A stretch of 63,543 bases of DNA from Aquaticitalea sp. (lineage in GTDB: Bacteria; Bacteroidota; Bacteroidia; Flavobacteriales; Flavobacteriaceae), in the NCBI GenBank assembly GCA_041748695.1, contig JBGTCT010000040.1, positions 1 to 63,543 of the forward strand, written 5' to 3'. Under the pieces are notes generated by a model. That model was not told the DNA's origin and did not search any database. It worked only from the letters and a program-made list of their open reading frames with translations. Below are positions 57,833-63,543 of the stretch, piece by piece. The translations under genes and the position numbers were made by a program. Each line of letters begins with the position of its first letter. Within the stretch, counting starts at the first letter, position 1.

Positions 57833-58855
57833 ATGATTTCACAAAATATTTATATTCTTGGTATTGAGTCTTCCTGCGATGACACAGCGGCCTCTGTGAC
57901 GCATAACGGAAAAATATTAAGTAATGTTGTTGCTGGTCAATCCATTCATGAATCGTATGGAGGTGTGGTGCCAGAACTGGCATCGAGAGCCCACCAACAA
58001 AATATAGTTCCCGTGGTGCATGAAGCCCTCAAAAGAGCCAAAATTAACAAATCGCAATTGAGTGCAGTCGCCTTTACCAGAGGCCCAGGATTGATAGGTT
58101 CTTTATTGGTTGGAACCTCTTTTGCCAAATCATTGGCTTTTGGATTAAACATTCCTTTGATTGATGTCAACCACATGCAAGCCCATATTCTGGCACACTT
58201 TATTGACGAAGAAGGCTTTGACAAACCACCGTTTCCGTTTTTGGCAATGACCATTTCTGGTGGTCACACACAAATTGTAAAAGTGAACAGCTATTTTGAT
58301 ATGGAAGTCATCGGTGAAACCATTGATGATGCCGTTGGCGAAGCCTTTGATAAAAGCGGAAAACTTCTAGGTCTGGGATATCCTGCAGGACCAGAAATTG
58401 ACAAACGGGCCAAATTAGGAAACCCCAAAGCTTTTCAGTTTACAAAACCGAAAGTGGAAGGGCTTAATTTTAGCTTTTCAGGTCTAAAGACCGCCATCTT
58501 ATATTTCATTCAAAAAGAAACTAAAGCTTATCCTCAATTTATCGAAACACATTTGAACGATATTTGTGCTTCTATTCAATATACAATCATAGGAATATTA
58601 ATCGATAAATTGAAACTGGCGAGCAAGCAAACAGGAATCAAACACATTGCGATTGGTGGTGGTGTTTCGGCAAATACCGGTATTCGGCAGGCTTTAAAAG
58701 ATGGCGAAAATAAATTTGGCTGGACCACGTATGTGCCTAAATTTGAATTTACCACCGATAATGCCGCGATGATTGCCATAGTAGGTTATTTGAAATTTTT
58801 GGAAGGCGATTTCGCCGGAAGCGATGTCGTGGCGTCTTCACGATTGAAGATATGA
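57833..58855 (+). CDS. tsaD: tRNA N6-threonylcarbamoyltransferase
   Basis: GIESSCDDT, GGVVPELASRAH, GPGL.GSL, NHMQAH, SGGHT, DDAVGEAFDK, SFSGLKT, TDNAAMIA. Confidence 0.98.
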   Translation: MISQNIYILGIESSCDDTAASVTHNGKILSNVVAGQSIHESYGGVVPELASRAHQQNIVPVVHEALKRAKINKSQLSAVAFTRGPGLIGSLLVGTSFAKSLAFGLNIPLIDVNHMQAHILAHFIDEEGFDKPPFPFLAMTISGGHTQIVKVNSYFDMEVIGETIDDAVGEAFDKSGKLLGLGYPAGPEIDKRAKLGNPKAFQFTKPKVEGLNFSFSGLKTAILYFIQKETKAYPQFIETHLNDICASIQYTIIGILIDKLKLASKQTGIKHIAIGGGVSANTGIRQALKDGENKFGWTTYVPKFEFTTDNAAMIAIVGYLKFLEGDFAGSDVVASSRLKI

Positions 58856-58922
58856 AGCAGGTCTTTACAGGCATCCTAAAAAGCAATTGAAATTATGGTT
58901 TTAAAAAAATGAAAAATTTAAT

Positions 58923-59630
58923 ATGCAATTATTCTACAATCCAGATATCAATGAGCAAACCCAACATCTGGCCTTCTCGCGAGAAGAAAGTAAGCACATC
59001 GTAAAAGTGTTGCGAAAATCGGCTGGAGACAGCTTGCAAATTACCAATGGCAAAGGCTGGCTTTTTATGGCACAGATTAGCATCGCTGACCTCAAAAATT
59101 GTGTTGCGAGCATTACATCAAAATCATTTCAGAAAAAGAAAAGCTATCAACTCCATTTAGCCGTGGCACCAACTAAAATGAACGATCGCTATGAATGGTT
59201 TTTAGAAAAAGCTACCGAAATTGGCGTCGACACCATTACGCCACTCATTTGTGATCATAGCGAGCGAAAAATATTAAAAACAGATCGTTTTGAAAAGATT
59301 TTGCAATCGGCCATGAAACAATCGTTGCACCATTATCTGCCAATACTTAACGATCCTATAACCTTCAAAGACTTTATATCCCAAGATTTTTCAGGTCAAA
59401 AATTTATTGCACATTGTGAAGATTCCGAAAGGAAATCGTTAAAACATGAATTAAAACCAAATCATGACGTAATCATACTGATCGGTCCGGAAGGCGATTT
59501 TAGTGTTAAAGAAATTCAAACCGCTATCAAAAATCAGTTTATTCCTGTAACTTTGGGAATTACTCGTTTAAGAACGGAAACGGCAGCCATTGTGGCCTGT
59601 CAAAGTGCGGCATTTGTCAATGAACTCTAA
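58923..59630 (+). CDS. rsmE: 16S rRNA m3U1498 methyltransferase
   Basis: HIVKVLR, EKATEIGV, AMKQS, IGPEGDFS, LG..RLRTETA. Confidence 0.96.
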   Translation: MQLFYNPDINEQTQHLAFSREESKHIVKVLRKSAGDSLQITNGKGWLFMAQISIADLKNCVASITSKSFQKKKSYQLHLAVAPTKMNDRYEWFLEKATEIGVDTITPLICDHSERKILKTDRFEKILQSAMKQSLHHYLPILNDPITFKDFISQDFSGQKFIAHCEDSERKSLKHELKPNHDVIILIGPEGDFSVKEIQTAIKNQFIPVTLGITRLRTETAAIVACQSAAFVNEL

Positions 59631-59661
59631 ACGTTTTGCAACGCATTCATTTTTAAAACTG

Positions 59662-60354
59662 ATGAAACATAAAAGCATATTTTTAATTCTCAAATATCCA
59701 TTTTATAGGTCTGTATCAAGAATCTTACTTTTGGTTTTTTCTTTGTGTTCTATAATTTCTTTTTCTCAAGACATCGCTGTGTTAAAATACAAGGGTGGTG
59801 GCGATTGGTATGCGAACCCAACATCTTTACCCAATTTAATAGCTTTTTGCAATGCCAATATCAACACTAGGATCAATCCCAAACCGCAAACTGTAGAAAC
59901 AGGAAGTCTAGATATATTTCAATATCCGATGCTGCATATGACAGGTCATGGAAATGTTTTTTTTAGTTCGGAAGATGCCGAAAACTTAAGGAATTACCTA
60001 ATATCTGGAGGTTTTATTCATATCGACGACAATTATGGGTTACAACCCTACATTACCAAGGAGCTTAAAAAAATTTTCCCAGATAAAGACCTGATGGAAT
60101 TGCCCAAAACCCACGAAATCTTTAATAATCAGTACAAATTTCCTGATGGCTTGCCAAAAATTCATGTTCATGATGGCAAGCGTCCGCAAGCTTTTGGTAT
60201 TTTTCATGAAGGAAGATTGGTATTGCTTTTTACTTATGAAAGCGATCTTGGCAATGGTTGGGAAGATATGGAAGTCCATAACGATCCTGCTGAACTTCGC
60301 GAACAAGCATTGAAAATGGGAGCTAATATTGTTAAGTATGTCTTTGATAATTAA
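59662..60354 (+). CDS. DUF4159-domain secreted protein (start uncertain)
   Basis: Signal-like ...SFS-Q; Y.GGGDWY.NP, HMTGHG, LRNYL.SGGF.HIDD, DLGNGWE, A.KMG.NI. Confidence 0.85.
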   Translation: MKHKSIFLILKYPFYRSVSRILLLVFSLCSIISFSQDIAVLKYKGGGDWYANPTSLPNLIAFCNANINTRINPKPQTVETGSLDIFQYPMLHMTGHGNVFFSSEDAENLRNYLISGGFIHIDDNYGLQPYITKELKKIFPDKDLMELPKTHEIFNNQYKFPDGLPKIHVHDGKRPQAFGIFHEGRLVLLFTYESDLGNGWEDMEVHNDPAELREQALKMGANIVKYVFDN

Positions 60355-60410
60355 AGGCCTTATTTATTATCTTCGTTAAAAATTTGATTTATTACGATAG
60401 TTAATTAATT

Positions 60411-60418
60411 TATATTTG
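60411..60418 (+). promoter_or_regulatory. -7 promoter element 4 nt before the AI-2E start codon
   Basis: TATATTTG-cccc-ATG. Confidence 0.65.
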
Positions 60419-60422
60419 CCCC

Positions 60423-61511
60423 ATGAAATCAAGAACCATAGCCAAAGAACTTTTAAAGGCAGTTGCCGTATTGTTAGGGGTCGCTTTATTGTTTTATGTG
60501 CTGTTTAAGATTAAATCCCTAATTCTTTTCATTTTTATCGCAGGTGTCATCTCTTTGATTTGTAGACCGGTGGTGTCTTTTCTTATAAATAAATTGAAGT
60601 TTGGAAATACGATGGCATCCTTTACAACCTTAATTCTGGTTGGTGTGTTTCTGGTTTCCATTCTTCGGATATTTCTTCCAATCATTCTGGAGCAAAGTAA
60701 AAATATTTCGGATATCGATTTTGAAGTGGTAAAAACCGACCTGAACGAATTGAGCATTCAAGCGAGTGATTATTTGGGCGTGGAACGTATCAATATAATC
60801 GAAACCATTAAACGCTCTGAATTCGCAAAGAATTTTAATTCAGAATTTGTCGGCAGTTTTATCGAAGTGTTTTTTGATAATGTTGGCGATATTGTTGTTG
60901 GTTTGTTCTCGGTGTTGTTTGTGTCCTTCTTTTTACTAAAGGATGAGAAACTAATTGCCACTGCAGTTACGTCATTTGCTGATCAAGGTAATGAGCGCCG
61001 TTCGATTGTGGTTTTCACAAAGGTAAAGCAATTGCTATCGCGTTACTTTATTGGCTTATTGCTTCAGACGCTAATTGTTGCGGTTTTTTATCTTGGATTG
61101 TTAATGTATCTCGATGTTAAAAACGCACTAGCCATTGCCATCATTTGTGCATTTTTAAATATTGTACCGTATTTAGGTCCACTTATCGGTGCTGTGTTAT
61201 TGGTGTTGGTGGTGGTATCTAACAATTTAGGAGCAGATTTTTCTACCGAATTGTTACCAATGTTGGTCAAGGTTTTAATTGGCGCAGCTGTGGTACAATT
61301 GATAGATAATTTTCTTTCACAACCTATTATTTTTGGAAAAAGTGTACGTTCACATCCATTGGAAATTTTTATCGCGATCCTCATTGGTGGATTATTGTTC
61401 GATATAGGAGGCATGATTCTCGCAGTACCGGTGTATACCACTATTAAAGTGATTTCCAAGGAATTCTTATCGGAGTATAAGATCGTAAAACATCTTACCA
61501 AAAACCTCTAA
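60423..61511 (+). CDS. AI-2E family transporter
   Basis: FFLLKD, RYF.G, NIVPYLGP, QLIDN..SQP.IFG.SV..HPL, GMILAVP. Confidence 0.93.
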   Translation: MKSRTIAKELLKAVAVLLGVALLFYVLFKIKSLILFIFIAGVISLICRPVVSFLINKLKFGNTMASFTTLILVGVFLVSILRIFLPIILEQSKNISDIDFEVVKTDLNELSIQASDYLGVERINIIETIKRSEFAKNFNSEFVGSFIEVFFDNVGDIVVGLFSVLFVSFFLLKDEKLIATAVTSFADQGNERRSIVVFTKVKQLLSRYFIGLLLQTLIVAVFYLGLLMYLDVKNALAIAIICAFLNIVPYLGPLIGAVLLVLVVVSNNLGADFSTELLPMLVKVLIGAAVVQLIDNFLSQPIIFGKSVRSHPLEIFIAILIGGLLFDIGGMILAVPVYTTIKVISKEFLSEYKIVKHLTKNL

Positions 61512-61518
61512 ATTTGGT

Positions 61519-62700
61519 TTGAATAGGCTGATTCTAAATACAAAAATACAAAAATTCATAACCGACCACTTCGATTCTGATATTACATTTTTACTTTTAA
61601 AAGGAACGTGCTTTCCTGGTATTGATACATCAGAAATTGTCGCGCAGATCTCATCGAAAAAACGTAGTCAAAAAAAGCTTCCAACTTGGTATCAACAGCA
61701 GGGTATCTATTATCCAAATAAAATCCATATAGAACAAACATCTTCAGAAATCACTGCTCGATACAAAGCCTCATTAGTTTCTGGTGTTACCATTATCGAT
61801 CTTACTGGTGGTTTTGGTGTGGATGCATATGGCTTTTCGAAACAATTCAAAAAGGTAATTCATTGCGAAATCAACGCTGAACTCTCGGAAATGGTTCAGC
61901 ATAATTTCAATCAGTTAAAAGTCTTCAACATTGAAATCATCGCCACAGATGGCATCGAATATCTAAATCAGCATCAAAATCGTTATGATTGGATATATGT
62001 AGATCCATCGCGTCGGGATGACAATAAAGGAAAAGTTTTTTTTCTTAATGAGTGTTTACCCAACGTTCCTAATGCGCTTGGACAACTTTTTGAGTATGCT
62101 GACAACATAATGGTTAAGACTTCGCCACTGCTGGATATATCTGTTGGAATCAGAGAATTGAAATTTGTAAAAACCATTCATGTGGTAGCGGTCGGCAACG
62201 AAGTGAAAGAATTATTGTGGATTCTTGAGAAAGGTTACAATTCTGAAATCATGATAGAAACCATCAACTTAAGGAGCGAATTGAATGAAAAGTTTAGCTT
62301 CCTCCTAAACGATGAAAAGAATCATGAGCCCAATTATAGCCAACCTCGCTCCTATCTTTATGAACCCAATGCTGCAATTCTAAAATCAGGAGGCTTCAAT
62401 TCGGTAGCTTCAACCTTTAATTTATATAAACTCCACAAGCATTCACATTTGTACACAAGCGATAATCTAATCAAATTTCCAGGAAGAGCCTTCAAAATTG
62501 AAAAATCATTACCATACAACAAAAAATCTCTAAAGAATTTACAAATTAAAAAGGCCAATGTCACCACACGAAACTTTCCTGAAACTGTTCAACAAATTCG
62601 AGATCGATTCAAAATTAAAGATGGTGGTTCCAGTTACTTATTTTTTACATCTATATTGAAAGAAGAAAAAATCGTTTTAATATGCACAAAAACTGAATAG
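61519..62700 (+). CDS. Class I SAM-dependent methyltransferase with a THUMP-like C-domain; TTG start
   Basis: KLPTW, EQTSSE.TA.YK, DLTGGFGVD, YVDPSRR, KTSPLLD, YLYEPNAAILK, RNFP. Confidence 0.88.
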   Translation: MNRLILNTKIQKFITDHFDSDITFLLLKGTCFPGIDTSEIVAQISSKKRSQKKLPTWYQQQGIYYPNKIHIEQTSSEITARYKASLVSGVTIIDLTGGFGVDAYGFSKQFKKVIHCEINAELSEMVQHNFNQLKVFNIEIIATDGIEYLNQHQNRYDWIYVDPSRRDDNKGKVFFLNECLPNVPNALGQLFEYADNIMVKTSPLLDISVGIRELKFVKTIHVVAVGNEVKELLWILEKGYNSEIMIETINLRSELNEKFSFLLNDEKNHEPNYSQPRSYLYEPNAAILKSGGFNSVASTFNLYKLHKHSHLYTSDNLIKFPGRAFKIEKSLPYNKKSLKNLQIKKANVTTRNFPETVQQIRDRFKIKDGGSSYLFFTSILKEEKIVLICTKTE

Positions 62701-62957
62701 TTTGAAGTGGTACTCAAGAATATAGGTGACTGCAAGTTGCTCGGTCGCAGTTATACTTAAGTTAATCTAATTTTAAAGGAATTTTTCACAGATTCTAAAG
62801 AACAATTGAAATTGGGGCATAAATACTGCTATAGCAAAAACCTTTAGTAAACTGGTTTTCATATATATTAAATCTATATGAACTATATACTAAATCGCTT
62901 CTAAAATAAGTAGCTCCCTGGATTAATAAAAGCATCAACCAGGGGACAATTAATACC

Positions 62958-63095
62958 TTAAAAAATCTTAAAGACGTATCCTAATAACCAATATAGGATG
63001 ATGAACACTACAATTGTTCCGATGCAGCCACACTTACCACCACCAATTTTTTTTGCACCGTAGCCAGCTAATAATGCACGAAATATATTTTTCAT
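62958..63095 (-). CDS. 45-aa Gly-rich single-TM small protein (below the ORF cutoff)
   Basis: MKNIFRALLAGYGAKKIGGGKCGCIGTIVVFIILYWLLGYVFKIF; AT-rich leader and TAATTTTG element about 20 nt upstream on the minus strand. Confidence 0.7.
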   Translation of the reverse strand: MKNIFRALLAGYGAKKIGGGKCGCIGTIVVFIILYWLLGYVFKIF

Positions 63096-63162
63096 AGTTA
63101 ATCAAATTTAAAGGTCAAAATTACTACAATTTTAAATGTAGTACGAATGCAATCCATAGTTT

Positions 63163-63543
63163 TTATACCTTAAATACATCCATATCTGTGAATGCAAACC
63201 ATTCAGATGATTCACATGTCTTTTTTGTATTTAGCCCTGTGAACTCGCTAAAGGCAGGGAGCACCAAAAGTTGTTCGCCTATTTCAAAGCAAGGAAGTTT
63301 AATGCGTTGTTTCCCTCGACCATATAGAATCGCACCAGGATGGGTATGCCCTGAAATACAGAACACGCTTTCATCGCAGTGTTTAGAATCATGAACAAAC
63401 CGAAACGGTAAGACATCCTTGTAATCAGGAAAAATTTTAATTCCCAAAGAGTGGTAAAACGCATTCGATAAGCGGTCGTGGTTGCCTTTGATAAGTTCGA
63501 AGTTGACAGATATGAACTGTTGCATCCAATCTTGAAAAACTTC
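63163..63543 (-). CDS. Ligase-associated DNA damage response endonuclease PdeM-like metallophosphoesterase, 3' part only
   Basis: KGNHD, SGHTHPG, KLPCF, LVLPAFS.FTG; frame is open to the window end. Confidence 0.8.
   Translation of the reverse strand, partial: EVFQDWMQQFISVNFELIKGNHDRLSNAFYHSLGIKIFPDYKDVLPFRFVHDSKHCDESVFCISGHTHPGAILYGRGKQRIKLPCFEIGEQLLVLPAFSEFTGLNTKKTCESSEWFAFTDMDVFKV

Overview
AT-rich chromosomal segment of a Bacteroidota bacterium, most likely Flavobacteriaceae. This is inferred from TAnnTTTG promoters, little Shine-Dalgarno signal, lipoprotein and Q-rule signal peptides, and gene content. About 45 mostly housekeeping genes cover cell envelope (lptD-like, tamB, mlaD, amidase, GH3-serine hydrolase fusion), central metabolism (pfkA, gap, aroC, fused 2-oxoacid dehydrogenase E1), DNA/RNA maintenance (ung, mutS2, tsaD, rsmE, SF2 helicase, partial pdeM) and peptidases. 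I found no rRNA, tRNA, CRISPR, transposase or prophage. The best candidate for an undescribed system lies below the ORF-track cutoff at about 2650-3125, between hsp20 and exbD. It is a self-contained unit with an ECF-type promoter, three tandem 27-29 aa peptide genes spaced about 127 nt apart, and a terminator. Two of the peptides are paralogues sharing WNSKRR[F/Y] with many synonymous differences. Other oddities: a SulP fused to a carbonic anhydrase domain that has lost zinc ligands, within a probable accessory block; a possible ATC start for tamB; a probably leaderless gene; two further unannotated small membrane proteins; and several degenerate tandem/inverted repeat tracts. All calls were made by eye from motifs; no database searches were run.
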